From NCBI GenBank assembly GCA_902614235.1, contig CACMKG010000001.1:5969-69968 (forward strand): a DNA stretch of 64,000 nt. Direction: 5' to 3'. Numbering within the stretch: the stretch's first letter is position 1; each line of letters begins with the position of its first letter. Both the position numbers and the translations under genes were made by a program. The notes beneath the pieces are model-generated. The model made no database searches. It was not told the origin of the DNA and was given only the letters and a program-made list of their open reading frames with translations. This DNA comes from an uncultured SAR86 cluster bacterium (GTDB taxonomy: Bacteria; Pseudomonadota; Gammaproteobacteria; Magnimaribacterales; AG-339-G14). Positions 47,062 through 57,753 of the stretch are shown here, piece by piece.

Positions 47062-49452
47062 TTAAACAACAAAATTGATAAGTTTTTTTTCTATGAAAAT
47101 AGTCTTTTTAATTTTTTTATCAATGATAAATCTTTTAACATTTTCTAATTCCCTTGAAAGTATAATAATTTCTTTTTCAGATTTCTCTTCATCTAATTCT
47201 AATGACCCTCTCAATTTCCCATTTACTTGAATAATTAATTTATAAGTCTTTTCTTCTAACAAATTAGAATCAAAAGTAGGCCATGCTTCACTATAAATTT
47301 CCTTTCCATTTTCTAAAACATTCCAAAGTTCATGTGTTATGTGAGGACTTATTGGGCTTAGCATTAGAAGAGATGAATCTATTATTTTTTTAAATAGTTT
47401 TCTTTCTTCCTCAGGAATTTCACTTTTTTGCAATTCTTTTGGCACTGCATTCAATAGTTCCATTATTGCTGCTATAGCTGTATTAAATGAATTTCTTCGT
47501 TCGAAATCATCCGATACCTTTTTTATAGTTTGATTTAATTTTATTTCTAATGGTTTTAAATCTAGTGAAGAATTTAGGGCAAGACTTTTTTGGTTTTTTA
47601 GAATAGATGCAAGTTTCCATAGCTTGTTTAAAAATTTAAATGATCCTTTTACTCCATCATTAGACCATTCTAAGGATTGCTCAGGCGGAGAAGCAAACAT
47701 TGAGAAAAGTCTTACTGTATCGGCACCGTAACGATCAATAAGCTCTTGAGGATTTACAGTATTACCTTGAGATTTTGACATTTTATTTCCATCCTTAAGG
47801 ACCATGCCTTGACACAATAGCTTATGGAAAGGTTCTCTAAATTTTACTAGACCCAAATCATTCAAAGCCTTAGAAAAAAATCTTGAATATAATAAATGCA
47901 AAATAGCATGTTCTATTCCTCCGATGTATTGATCTACTGGTAACCAATAATCAACTTCTTCATCAAAAATTTTTTCTGAAGATTTGTGAGATGCAAATTT
48001 TGCAAAATACCACGAAGATTCAAGGAAAGTATCGAATGTATCAGTTTCTTTAATATATTCACTTCCATTTTTTACTAAAACCTCAGAGTTTATTTCTTCT
48101 TGATTTAGATCCGAAAATGGGATGACATCAGTGGAGTTTTTCTTATTTATCATCATTGGAATAGGTGCGCCCCATTTCCTTTGTCTTGAAACTCCCCAAT
48201 TTTTAAGTCGGTAATTTACCTTTTTAGATCCAAAATTATTATCTTTGGCCAGCTTTAAAATCTTTTCAAAAGCTTTTTCAAAATCAAGGCCATCGAGTTC
48301 ATCTCCTGAGTTAATAAGTAAACCTTTTTCTATAAGAGCTTTATCAAGTTCAAGTGCTCCTTCTCCTGTGTCAATGACCTGCTTTATTTCAATATTATAT
48401 TTTTTGGCAAATTCAAAATCTCTCTGATCATGACCTGGAACAGCCATTAATGCACCAGATCCATAATCCATCAAAACAAAGTTAGCAACCCAGACTTCTA
48501 TTTCTTCTTTTGAAATGGGGTGTTTAGCTTTGATGTTTAATTTAAATCCTTTTTTGTCTTCAGATATCCTCTCTGCTTCAGATGTAACTCCCTTGGAATT
48601 ATTCTTTAACCATTTTTCAAGATTTTTATCCTCTTTAGCTAAATTGGTAACAATAGGATGCGCAAGAGAAAGCGCAAGAAAAGAAACTCCCATGATGGTA
48701 TCTGGTCGAGTCGTAAAAACCTCAATATGTTCTTTATTTGACAGACTAAATTTGAATTCCATCCCGATCGATTTACCAATCCAATTTTTTTGCATTGTTT
48801 TTACTTGCTCAGGCCAATCTTTTAAAGAGTCAAGTTCAGAGAGAAGTTCTTCTGCATAGTCGGTTATTTTAAAAGCCCACTGATCTATAGTTTTTTTTTC
48901 AACATCTGCTCCTGATCTCCAGCCTTTACCATCAATTACTTGTTCATTTGCCAAAACCGTTTGGTCTACTGGATCCCAATTTACTTCTGCTTTTTCTCTT
49001 ATGACTAATCCTTTTTTATACATTTCGCAGAAAAGCCACTGCTCCCACTTGTAATATTCCTCGTCGCAAGTTTTTAGTTCTCTTCGCCAATCATAGGCAA
49101 ATCCTAAAGAAGTGAGCTGTTTTTTCATAAATTGGATATTGTCCTCAGTCCATTTTTTTGGTGAGACATTATTTTGAATAGCGGCATTCTCTGCTGGAAG
49201 ACCAAATGCGTCCCATCCCATAGGCTGCATAACATTCATACCTTTCATTCTCTGATATCTAGAAATTACGTCTCCGATTGTGTAATTTCTTACATGCCCC
49301 ATGTGCAATTCTCCTGAGGGGTAAGGAAACATACTTAAACAGTAATATTTTTCTTTTTTATTATCAGGATTAACTTCAAAAGATTTATTTTTTTCCCAGT
49401 AAGCTTGAGCTTTTTTTTCTAAATCAGCAGGATTATAGGAATCTTCTTTCAT
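47062..49452 (-). CDS. leuS: leucine--tRNA ligase
   Basis: HMGHVRNY (HIGH), CP1 editing TTRPDTIMG, KMSKSQGN (KMSKS). 796 aa. Confidence 0.98.
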   Translation of the reverse strand: MKEDSYNPADLEKKAQAYWEKNKSFEVNPDNKKEKYYCLSMFPYPSGELHMGHVRNYTIGDVISRYQRMKGMNVMQPMGWDAFGLPAENAAIQNNVSPKKWTEDNIQFMKKQLTSLGFAYDWRRELKTCDEEYYKWEQWLFCEMYKKGLVIREKAEVNWDPVDQTVLANEQVIDGKGWRSGADVEKKTIDQWAFKITDYAEELLSELDSLKDWPEQVKTMQKNWIGKSIGMEFKFSLSNKEHIEVFTTRPDTIMGVSFLALSLAHPIVTNLAKEDKNLEKWLKNNSKGVTSEAERISEDKKGFKLNIKAKHPISKEEIEVWVANFVLMDYGSGALMAVPGHDQRDFEFAKKYNIEIKQVIDTGEGALELDKALIEKGLLINSGDELDGLDFEKAFEKILKLAKDNNFGSKKVNYRLKNWGVSRQRKWGAPIPMMINKKNSTDVIPFSDLNQEEINSEVLVKNGSEYIKETDTFDTFLESSWYFAKFASHKSSEKIFDEEVDYWLPVDQYIGGIEHAILHLLYSRFFSKALNDLGLVKFREPFHKLLCQGMVLKDGNKMSKSQGNTVNPQELIDRYGADTVRLFSMFASPPEQSLEWSNDGVKGSFKFLNKLWKLASILKNQKSLALNSSLDLKPLEIKLNQTIKKVSDDFERRNSFNTAIAAIMELLNAVPKELQKSEIPEEERKLFKKIIDSSLLMLSPISPHITHELWNVLENGKEIYSEAWPTFDSNLLEEKTYKLIIQVNGKLRGSLELDEEKSEKEIIILSRELENVKRFIIDKKIKKTIFIEKKLINFVV

Positions 49453-50792
49453 TAATTTATATCTAAAACTTTTTCTAAGTAGTTTATAGATATATTTGCT
49501 TTTCTAAAGTTCTCTTCGCTTAAAATAATTTCTTGTAGTTCTTTGTTCGTATCTATTCCTTCAACAAAAAATTCTTCTAAAGCAAAGGACATTCGACACA
49601 AAGCCTCTTCTCTGTCTTTACCCTGTGTACAAATTTTTGCTATCAAAGCATCATAATAAGGAGAAATAATGCATCCGTCATAAACGTGAGAATCGACTCT
49701 CACTCCAATACCCCCTGGCTTACCCCATTCTGTTATCTTTCCTGGAGACGGAATAAATGTTTTTGGATGTTCAGCATTTATTCGACACTGAATTGCATGA
49801 CCACGAACACTAATTTCTTCTTGTTTTATTTCAAGTTCTTCACCTGCTGCTATTCCAATTTGAAGCTTAACTAGATCATACTCGGTAATCATTTCCGAAA
49901 CAGTATGTTCAACCTGTAATCTAGTATTCATTTCTATGAAATAAAATTCTTCATCTTTGTATAAAAACTCAAAAGTTCCAGCACCTTTGTATTTCATTTT
50001 TTTACAGCATTCAGTACACAATTTAAATAATTCTTGTTTTTTTTCTTCAGGAATATTTAAAGCTGGAGCTTCTTCAACAATTTTTTGATTTTTCCTTTGA
50101 ATCGAACAATCCCTTTCATAAAAATGAAGAGCATTTCCAAAATTATCTGCTAAAACTTGGACCTCAATATGTCGAGGGCTATCAAGAAATTTCTCTAAAT
50201 ATATTTCATCGCTTCCAAAACTGTTTAAAGCCTCTTGTTGAGTCAATTTCATTTTTGGAATTAAATCACTTTCTTCATAGACTATTGAGATTCCTCTTCC
50301 TCCGCCTCCAGCCGCTGCTTTTATCATTATTGGATAACCAATTTTTTTAGCTTTTGACAAAGTTTCCCTGTTGGTAGCCGAAACCCTCCCGCTTCCTGGT
50401 ACGCATTGTAAACCAGCATCAACCGCCATCTCTTTTGCTGAAATTTTATTACCCATAATTCTTATAGATTCTGGATCTGGACCGATGAACGTGTAGCCAC
50501 TTGCTACTACTTGTTCAGCAAAATGATCGTTCTCCGCTAAAAAGCCTACCCCTGGATGAATAGCCTCAGCATTTGTTAATTCACATGCACTTATAATTGC
50601 AGGAATATTCAAATAACTTTTTGATGACTCAGGAGGACCAATGCATATAGCCTCATCAGCCATTTTTACATGTTTTAAATCTTTGTCAGCCTCTGAATAT
50701 ATTGCAACCGTTCCGATACCCATTTCTTTGCATGCTTTAAGAACTCTAAGAGCAATCTCACCTCTATTGGCGATTAAAATTTTTGAGAACAT
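49452..50792 (-). CDS. accC: acetyl-CoA carboxylase biotin carboxylase subunit
   Basis: MFSKILIANRGEIALRV, ATP-grasp GGGGRG, EMNTRLQVEHTVSE. 446 aa. Its stop shares 1 nt with the leuS ATG. Confidence 0.98.
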   Translation of the reverse strand: MFSKILIANRGEIALRVLKACKEMGIGTVAIYSEADKDLKHVKMADEAICIGPPESSKSYLNIPAIISACELTNAEAIHPGVGFLAENDHFAEQVVASGYTFIGPDPESIRIMGNKISAKEMAVDAGLQCVPGSGRVSATNRETLSKAKKIGYPIMIKAAAGGGGRGISIVYEESDLIPKMKLTQQEALNSFGSDEIYLEKFLDSPRHIEVQVLADNFGNALHFYERDCSIQRKNQKIVEEAPALNIPEEKKQELFKLCTECCKKMKYKGAGTFEFLYKDEEFYFIEMNTRLQVEHTVSEMITEYDLVKLQIGIAAGEELEIKQEEISVRGHAIQCRINAEHPKTFIPSPGKITEWGKPGGIGVRVDSHVYDGCIISPYYDALIAKICTQGKDREEALCRMSFALEEFFVEGIDTNKELQEIILSEENFRKANISINYLEKVLDIN

Positions 50793-51254
50793 TTATTCTT
50801 CTATTACAAAAAGAGCTTCCCCATATTCAACTGGCTCAGCATCAGAAATTAAGATTTCTTTGATTATTCCGTTGTAATCTGATTTAACCTCATTCATCAT
50901 TTTCATAGCTTCGATGATGCATAAGACATCACCTTCAGAAACTTTATCTCCGACTTTAACAAACGGCTCAGCTCCCGGATTAGGCGAGCTATAAAAAGTT
51001 CCAACCATAGGAGAATTTATACTTTTTCCGTCTATGACTTTGGTCTCGGCTGTGTCAGAAGTCTCTTTTTTAGTTTCTGTCTCCGAAGAAGGAGATTCCA
51101 TTACTTGAGGTGAGGGAGTAATCATTTGGGGGGCTTGAAAAGATCCTGCAGATTTAACCAATTTAACCGATTCTTCACCTTCTTTAATTACAATTTCATT
51201 TAAAGAAGAATTTTCTAGCATCTCAATTAATTTTTTTACTTTTCTAATATCCAT
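50793..51254 (-). CDS. accB: acetyl-CoA carboxylase biotin carboxyl carrier protein
   Basis: C-terminal biotinyl domain with the EAMKMMNE biotin-lysine motif. AGGAG Shine-Dalgarno 5 nt upstream. Confidence 0.94.
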   Translation of the reverse strand: MDIRKVKKLIEMLENSSLNEIVIKEGEESVKLVKSAGSFQAPQMITPSPQVMESPSSETETKKETSDTAETKVIDGKSINSPMVGTFYSSPNPGAEPFVKVGDKVSEGDVLCIIEAMKMMNEVKSDYNGIIKEILISDAEPVEYGEALFVIEE

Positions 51255-51262
51255 AATAACTC

Positions 51263-51697
51263 CTAGGTTTTTTCCATTGCCAAATTTAAGGCTGCCTCGT
51301 ACCCTTTATCTCCAAATCCAGAAATAATTCCTAATGCAATATCAGAAAAGTAAGATTTTTCTCTGAAACTTTCTCTGCCGTATATATTGCTTATGTGAAT
51401 TTCAATCATGGGAATGTCTACGCCTAAAATTGCATCTCTCAATGCAACACTTGTGTGCGTAAAGGCTCCAGGATTGAATAATATGCAAGAGACTTTATTT
51501 TTTTTTGCGTCTTGAATTGCATTTACTAATTCGTGTTCAGCATTGCTTTGAAAACATGAAAGATTGATAGAATTGTTTTTAGCTATTTCTAGAAGATTTG
51601 ACTCAATTTCCTCTAAAGTAAGTGAACCATAGATTTCTTTTTCTCTAGTACCTAAGAGATTTAAGTTAGGCCCATTTAATAAAAGAATGCTTTTCAT
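51263..51697 (-). CDS. aroQ: type II 3-dehydroquinate dehydratase
   Basis: [31 protein letters not shown] and IEIHISN motifs. 144 aa. Confidence 0.94.
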   Translation of the reverse strand: MKSILLLNGPNLNLLGTREKEIYGSLTLEEIESNLLEIAKNNSINLSCFQSNAEHELVNAIQDAKKNKVSCILFNPGAFTHTSVALRDAILGVDIPMIEIHISNIYGRESFREKSYFSDIALGIISGFGDKGYEAALNLAMEKT

Positions 51698-51733
51698 AGA
51701 AATTTTAAGAATTTAAAGAATTTTAATGATTTT

Positions 51734-52180
51734 TCAAAGAAATTCAAAGAAAATATTTGATTTATTGTCTTTTTTGATTTTAATATTTTTTGAAATTTTT
51801 GGGTAACAAATAATATTTTCTAAACATCCTTGGTAAGTAAGTGTTAAGGATTTGTTGGTATAATTATCCAAGTTTCTCACCAATAAGTCCAAATTATTCC
51901 TATATATTAAGCTTTCTCCAAGAAATTCATCTTCAATTTTTAATAATTCTCCAATAGTCTCATAAGAAATATCGTTTTGGCCATCCTTTAAAGACAATTG
52001 TTCTGAGTATATATAAGATTTTTTATTTATTAATATGGAAATAATTAGATTGTCTTCATGTTCTCTCGATGAAAGTTTGAATGAATCTTCAGAGGACAAT
52101 ATTTCAGAAGAAAAAAAATTTTCAGCTGAAGAGTAAGTATTCAGGGTGAAAAATAAAAAAAGAATGAGTATTTTTTTCAT
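51734..52180 (-). CDS. stand-alone DsbD N-terminal (alpha) domain protein, secreted
   Basis: Signal peptide plus collinear matches to E. coli nDsbD: IEDEFLGESLIYRN (cf. HEDEFYGKSEIYRD) and LTLTYQGCLENIICYPK (cf. LTVTYQGCADAGFCYPP, both redox Cys kept). The ORF stops there, with no TM or thioredoxin domains. Occupies the dsbD slot upstream of aroQ-accBC. Confidence 0.7.
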   Translation of the reverse strand: MKKILILFLFFTLNTYSSAENFFSSEILSSEDSFKLSSREHEDNLIISILINKKSYIYSEQLSLKDGQNDISYETIGELLKIEDEFLGESLIYRNNLDLLVRNLDNYTNKSLTLTYQGCLENIICYPKISKNIKIKKDNKSNIFFEFL

Positions 52181-52276
52181 TGGAATATAACTTTTCTTTA
52201 AATTGATTGTCTTATAGTCTACTCAACCAAATATTCTGATGATAAAGTCTCAAAATAACAATCTATTCTTTTAATA

Positions 52277-53941
52277 ATGTCAAAAAAACGGAAATACTCT
52301 TCCTCTTTAGTTGATGGTCCGCTTCAAGCAACTTCTAGGTCAATGCTCAGGGCAACAGGATTTAGTGATGATGATTTTTCTAAACCGCAAGTTGGCGTAG
52401 CTTCAACTTGGTCAATGGTTACGCCTTGCAACATGCATATTAATGACTTGGCCTCGCTAATATGTAACTCTATTGATGATGAAAATTTGAAATCTGTGCT
52501 TTTTAACACAATCACGATCTCTGATGGAATATCAATGGGAACATTAGGAATGAGATATTCTTTAGTTTCAAGAGAAGTAATAGCTGATTCAATCGAAACG
52601 GTTGTTGAATGTCAGTCATTTGACGGAGTAGTTGCAATAGGTGGTTGCGATAAAAATATGCCAGGTTGTTTGATAGGACTTGCAAGATTAAACAGACCTT
52701 CAATTTTTGTTTACGGTGGCTCAATCAGACCGGGTGAAAATCACACTGACTTAGTAACGGTCATGGAAGGGATTGGAAGTTATAGTAGCAATAAGATTTC
52801 AGAAAAAGAATTAATTGCAATTGAAAAAACTGCTCTACCTGGCCCTGGTTCTTGTGGAGGTATGTATACAGCCAATACTATGGCATCTGCAATAGAGGCC
52901 TTAGGAATGAGCTTACCTGGAAGTAGTTCTCAAGATGCTATTTCAAAAGAAAAAAAAATAGATTGTAAAAGTATAGGAAAAGCTATCGACAATCTCTTGG
53001 AAAAAGACATAAAACCATCAGACATAATGACGCGCAAAGCATTCGAAAATTCTATCAGAGTCATTATTGCGCTTGGCGGATCTACTAATGCAGTTTTGCA
53101 TTTAATTGCAATGGCTAAAAGCATCAATGTTGAGTTGGATATTGATGATTTTGAAAAAATAGGGAAAAAAAGTCCACTTCTGGCAGATCTAAGACCATCA
53201 GGACATTATTTAATGTCTGAATTAAATGAAATAGGTGGTATTCAGCCATTAATGAAAACTCTTTTGGATGCTGATTTGTTACATGGAGATTGTCTAACAG
53301 TTACTGGTAAAACTCTTTCTGAGAATCTTAAAGATGTTGAACCATATCCTGAAAATCAAAAAATTATCTCTTCTTTAGATAAACCTATAAAGAAAGACAG
53401 CCACTTGAAAATTTTAAAAGGAAACTTAGCGGAGGAAGGTGCAGTAGCTAAAATAACAGGTAAAGAAGGATTGAGATTTGTTGGAAAAGCAAAAGTTTTT
53501 AATTCAGAAGAAGAAACTTTAGATGCAATATATGGGTCAGAAATTAAGTCTGGAGATGTAATTGTTGTTAGATTCGAAGGCCCAGTAGGTGGACCCGGTA
53601 TGAGAGAAATGTTAAAGCCTACCTCAGCTATTATGGGGCAGGGATTAGGCGATAAGGTTGCCTTTTTAACCGATGGTAGATTTTCGGGCGGTTCTCATGG
53701 GTTTGTTGTAGGACATATTACTCCTGAAGCTGCAACTGGAGGTTTAATAGGTTTGTTAGAAAACGGAGATGAGGTGACAATTGATGCAGAAAAAGGAACT
53801 ATTGATGTAAATTTAACTGAAGATGAAATTATTTTGAGAAAGAAAAATTGGATCAATCCAAAACCAATTCCAAGCAAAGGAGTTCTTTCAAAGTATGCAA
53901 GAAGCGTTAAATCAGCCTCTGAAGGAGCAGTAACTGATTAA
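52277..53941 (+). CDS. ilvD: dihydroxy-acid dehydratase
   Basis: [39 protein letters not shown]. 554 aa short form. Confidence 0.96.
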   Translation: MSKKRKYSSSLVDGPLQATSRSMLRATGFSDDDFSKPQVGVASTWSMVTPCNMHINDLASLICNSIDDENLKSVLFNTITISDGISMGTLGMRYSLVSREVIADSIETVVECQSFDGVVAIGGCDKNMPGCLIGLARLNRPSIFVYGGSIRPGENHTDLVTVMEGIGSYSSNKISEKELIAIEKTALPGPGSCGGMYTANTMASAIEALGMSLPGSSSQDAISKEKKIDCKSIGKAIDNLLEKDIKPSDIMTRKAFENSIRVIIALGGSTNAVLHLIAMAKSINVELDIDDFEKIGKKSPLLADLRPSGHYLMSELNEIGGIQPLMKTLLDADLLHGDCLTVTGKTLSENLKDVEPYPENQKIISSLDKPIKKDSHLKILKGNLAEEGAVAKITGKEGLRFVGKAKVFNSEEETLDAIYGSEIKSGDVIVVRFEGPVGGPGMREMLKPTSAIMGQGLGDKVAFLTDGRFSGGSHGFVVGHITPEAATGGLIGLLENGDEVTIDAEKGTIDVNLTEDEIILRKKNWINPKPIPSKGVLSKYARSVKSASEGAVTD

Positions 53942-53985
53942 TCAATAAAACTTGTAAAAAAAAATTACTGCCTCATAATATTTCT

Positions 53986-54309
53986 ATGTCTAAAACAATT
54001 GAGCTTACAGACGATAATTTTGAACAGGAAATCTCTAGAACAGAAGTTCCCATATTAGTTGATTATTGGGCCGAATGGTGCGGACCTTGCAAAATGGTTG
54101 CTCCAATACTGGAAGAGGTAGCTCAAGATTTAGACGGGAAACTACTTATAGGTAAAGTTGACGTTGATCAAAATAAAGATTCTGCTTTAAAACAAAAAGT
54201 AATGAGCATTCCTACATTAGTTTTATTTAAAAACGGGGAGCCTGTTGATCAAAGGATAGGCGCATTAACGAAAACACAATTAGAGGATTTTTTAAGCCAA
54301 CATATTTAA
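53986..54309 (+). CDS. trxA: thioredoxin
   Basis: 107 aa. VDYWAEWCGPCKMVAP active site. trxA-rho order as in E. coli. Confidence 0.94.
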   Translation: MSKTIELTDDNFEQEISRTEVPILVDYWAEWCGPCKMVAPILEEVAQDLDGKLLIGKVDVDQNKDSALKQKVMSIPTLVLFKNGEPVDQRIGALTKTQLEDFLSQHI

Positions 54310-54406
54310 CTAGTTAAACTAGACTAGTTTTTCAATAGATGTTTAAATACATTTCTTAGCTCACCGCTAAAAACTTCCAGACTTCATTTTAATTAACATA
54401 AAAAGC

Positions 54407-55669
54407 ATGCATTTAGGCGAACTTAAGGCAAAACCCATAGACGAACTTCTCTCTATTGCAGGAGAGATGGGTATTGAAAATATTGCGAGGTCAAAAAAAC
54501 AAGACGTAATTTTTAGTATCCTAAAAAAACATTCAAAATCTGGCGAGGATATAGAAGGAGAGGGAGTGTTAGAGATTCTGAATGATGGATTTGGTTTTTT
54601 AAGGTCTCCAACAGGGTCTTATGTTGCTGGACCAGATGATATTTATGTTTCTCCTAGTCAAATTAGACGTTTCGGTCTAAAAACTGGAGATTCTATTTCT
54701 GGAAAGATCAGGCCGCCAAAAGATGGTGAAAGATATTTTGCTCTATTAAAAATAGATCTTATTAATTTTGAAGCAACAGACAAAACAAAAACAAAAATTG
54801 CTTTTGAAAATTTAACCCCATTATTTCCTGAAGAAAGAATTGTTATGGAATCCGGCAATGGAACTACAGAAGACTTATCTGCAAGAATTATTGACTTAAT
54901 TTCACCAACCGGAAAAGGACAAAGAGGACTTATTGTCTCTCCACCTAAGGCAGGAAAAACTTTATTGCTTCAGAGTATCGCCCATTCCATTGAAAAAAAC
55001 AGTCCTGAAAGCACCTTAATGGTTTTACTCATCGATGAAAGACCTGAAGAAGTTACTGACATGATTAGAACGGTCAAAGGGGAAGTAATAGCTAGTACTT
55101 TTGATGAGCCTCCTTCGAGACATGTCCAAGTAGCGGAAATGGCAATTGCTAAGGCAAAAAGATTAGTCGAAACAGGAAATGACGTAATAATTTTATTAGA
55201 TTCGATTACTCGTTTAGGAAGAGCATATAATTCTACGCAGGCTTCTTCTGGAAAAATATTAACTGGTGGAGTGGATGCAAATGCTCTCGAAAAGCCTAAA
55301 AGATTTTTTGGTGCTGCTAGAAACATAGAAGGAGGTGGTAGTTTAACTATCATAGCTACAGCACTTATAGATACTGGATCTAGAATGGATGAAGTTATTT
55401 ATGAAGAATTTAAGGGAACAGGAAATCAAGAAATCCATTTAGATAGAGCTATTGCAGAAAAAAGAATATTCCCCTCTATCAATATAAGAAGATCTGGAAC
55501 TAGACGAGAAGAATTAATTACAGAAGAGGTCGACCTAGCTAGGATAAATATTTTGAGAAAACTTTTGCATGATATGGAAGATATAAATGCTACCGAATGG
55601 CTAATAGATAAGTTGAGAAAGCATAAAACTAATAATGAGTTTTTTGATTCTATGAAAAAATCAAAATAA
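54407..55669 (+). CDS. rho: transcription termination factor Rho
   Basis: N-terminal RNA-binding domain ([14 protein letters not shown]), Walker A PPKAGKT, 420 aa. Confidence 0.98.
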   Translation: MHLGELKAKPIDELLSIAGEMGIENIARSKKQDVIFSILKKHSKSGEDIEGEGVLEILNDGFGFLRSPTGSYVAGPDDIYVSPSQIRRFGLKTGDSISGKIRPPKDGERYFALLKIDLINFEATDKTKTKIAFENLTPLFPEERIVMESGNGTTEDLSARIIDLISPTGKGQRGLIVSPPKAGKTLLLQSIAHSIEKNSPESTLMVLLIDERPEEVTDMIRTVKGEVIASTFDEPPSRHVQVAEMAIAKAKRLVETGNDVIILLDSITRLGRAYNSTQASSGKILTGGVDANALEKPKRFFGAARNIEGGGSLTIIATALIDTGSRMDEVIYEEFKGTGNQEIHLDRAIAEKRIFPSINIRRSGTRREELITEEVDLARINILRKLLHDMEDINATEWLIDKLRKHKTNNEFFDSMKKSK

Positions 55670-56227
55670 GTTTTTGATTAATCTGTACGATTTTCCGCCA
55701 AAACTCTTTTCTTTAATAATTTCTTGACCTTCTAAAAGAAAATCCATTTTCAAATTTTTTTCAGTTTCTAAATAGATAATTGTCTGTTTATTTAAATAGT
55801 TATTTTTTTTTAAAAGTTTAAAGATCTTTTCTGCAAGACCATTTTTAAATGGAGGATCTACAAAGATAATGTTTATTTTTTCCCCGGAGTAGGGTTTTTT
55901 TAACCATTCTAAACAATCGGCATTATGCAGTTCTATTTTTTGATCTATATCAAATGATGATAAATTTTCTTTTAAATTTTTAAAAGTTTTAATATCTTTT
56001 TCAATAAAAAAAACTTTTTTAGAACCTCTGGATAAAGATTCTAAGCCCATGGCGCCAGTACCTGAAAATAAATCTAAACAAGTAAAGTCAAAAAGATCTT
56101 GACCAAGCCAATTGAAGATCATTTCTTTGGCTCTGTCGGGAGTGGGTCTTAAATTAGAATCTAAATTAAAAAGTATTTTTTTCCCTTTCCATTTACCACC
56201 AATAATTCTTACTTTTCCTGTTTTCAT
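55661..56227 (-). CDS. rsmD: 16S rRNA (guanine966-N2)-methyltransferase
   Basis: [25 protein letters not shown] and VDPPF motifs. 188 aa. Confidence 0.88.
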   Translation of the reverse strand: MKTGKVRIIGGKWKGKKILFNLDSNLRPTPDRAKEMIFNWLGQDLFDFTCLDLFSGTGAMGLESLSRGSKKVFFIEKDIKTFKNLKENLSSFDIDQKIELHNADCLEWLKKPYSGEKINIIFVDPPFKNGLAEKIFKLLKKNNYLNKQTIIYLETEKNLKMDFLLEGQEIIKEKSFGGKSYRLIKNLF

Positions 56228-56285
56228 TTAATTAATTTAAGTAATTTATTCGTGACATAATAGCTGATCTAATTTAAATGATTCC

Positions 56286-56741
56286 ATGGAAAAAGAATTT
56301 TTAGAAATATTGAGAACATTATCTCAAACCGTTTTTGTTTTATCAGCTGATAATGAAAAAGAAAGACACGCAATGACGGTTTCTTCAGTAGCATCTTTAA
56401 GTTTAAGTCCACCATCTATGATGGTTGGAGTAAATAAAGACGCGTCAATAAATAATGTTTTACAAAAGGGCTCAAATTTTTGTTTAAATCTTTTAAAAAA
56501 TTCTCAAAGCAAAATTGCGGATACTTGCAGTGGAGTAGAAGAGGGCGAAGAACGATTCAAAAATGATCCTTGGATCTCAAGTAATCCAGTTTTTCTAGAA
56601 GAAGCGCAATCCAATATTTTTTGCAAAGTTGTTGAAATAATTCCTTTTTCAACCCACTCAATAGTTGTTGGAGAGGTTTTAAAATTAAATCACTCCGGGA
56701 AAATAGAACCACTGATTTATCAGAACGGCAGTTACACTTGA
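56286..56741 (+). CDS. flavin reductase-like (split-barrel FMN-binding) protein
   Basis: 151 aa. HAMTVSSVASLSLSPPSMMVGVNK matches the flavin reductase domain core. Confidence 0.7.
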   Translation: MEKEFLEILRTLSQTVFVLSADNEKERHAMTVSSVASLSLSPPSMMVGVNKDASINNVLQKGSNFCLNLLKNSQSKIADTCSGVEEGEERFKNDPWISSNPVFLEEAQSNIFCKVVEIIPFSTHSIVVGEVLKLNHSGKIEPLIYQNGSYT

Positions 56742-56935
56742 TTGCATTCTTTCTTAACGCAAGTCCATTTTCCTTCTATTTTTTTTGCCTTCGAAATTTC
56801 AATATAAGTTGAACAAATTGAACACTTAACCAAAGAATTGCTAGATTGATTGATATCAAGTTCTTCATTGTTAAAGAAGAACGATATTGAAAGAATAATT
56901 AAAACAAACAGTGAAATTAGGATAAGGTTTAACAC
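56732..56935 (-). CDS. small membrane-anchored protein with a C-terminal 4-Cys zinc-ribbon-like motif
   Basis: 67 aa. N-terminal TM helix, then CSIC...x17...CVKKEC. Coding status not certain. Confidence 0.4.
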   Translation of the reverse strand: MLNLILISLFVLIILSISFFFNNEELDINQSSNSLVKCSICSTYIEISKAKKIEGKWTCVKKECNQV

Positions 56936-56948
56936 TTTTTAGGTTTGC

Positions 56949-57719
56949 TTAACTTGGATTCAGATTTTTTTTAAATGTACTAAGGGCCTCCTCGACGTCT
57001 TTTTTCAAAACATCTTGTCCTAATTCTTCATAGGCAATAATAATTATTTCAAGCGCTCTCTCTACCTGAGGAGTTTTCGGCATATGTTTTAAAACATAAT
57101 CGGCTCTTGTGAGAGCTGCAACGAAAGCTTTTCTTTCCAGATAGAATTCTGCAACGTAAATCTCTTGCTTAGCAATCAAATTTCTTAAATAAATCATCCT
57201 CTGTTTGGCATTTCCTGCATATTCACTTTCTGGAAATCTAGTAATGAAGTCACTTAAGTCTTCAAATGACTCTTTGGCTTCTGAGAGCTCTCTTTTATGC
57301 GTCATTTCGCCTAAGAATGGGGCACTAGCAAATAAATCTTTATCATTATTAAACTTAGCAAGTCCTTTTATATAGTAAGCATAATCAACGTTGGGGTGTC
57401 TTGGGTGCAAGCTTATAAATCTTTCAGCTGCCAATATGGCTTGGTCATAATTTACGCTTTTGTAATAGGCATAAACAAGCTCAATTTGTGCTTGTTCCGC
57501 ATATTTACCAAAAGGAAATCTCTTTTCAAGAGTTTCCAGGGTCAATATTGCTGAAACAAAATTTTTAGTTTTTAATCTTCTCTGAGCTTGGTCATAAAGT
57601 TTTTTCTCAGCAATATCCTTTGTTATAACTTCCTGATCGGAAGCACAGCTTATAAAAAAAACTGGAATTAGCAGAGCAAGAGCAAGAACTAAAATATTTA
57701 GTTTTTTAAAATGTTTCAT
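56949..57719 (-). CDS. bamD: outer membrane protein assembly factor BamD
   Basis: Lipobox FFISC and TPR-like repeats. Divergent from rluD as in E. coli. Confidence 0.86.
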   Translation of the reverse strand: MKHFKKLNILVLALALLIPVFFISCASDQEVITKDIAEKKLYDQAQRRLKTKNFVSAILTLETLEKRFPFGKYAEQAQIELVYAYYKSVNYDQAILAAERFISLHPRHPNVDYAYYIKGLAKFNNDKDLFASAPFLGEMTHKRELSEAKESFEDLSDFITRFPESEYAGNAKQRMIYLRNLIAKQEIYVAEFYLERKAFVAALTRADYVLKHMPKTPQVERALEIIIIAYEELGQDVLKKDVEEALSTFKKNLNPS

Positions 57720-57753
57720 AAATTTAGATTATCCTATGTAAGAGATTATATAT

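Noticed and set aside
54300-54340. AACTAG...CTAGTT inverted repeat followed by TTTTT after trxA, as a possible intrinsic terminator.
   Set aside because: The stem is only 6 bp and AT-rich with a 10-nt loop, too weak to call without a folding-energy calculation.
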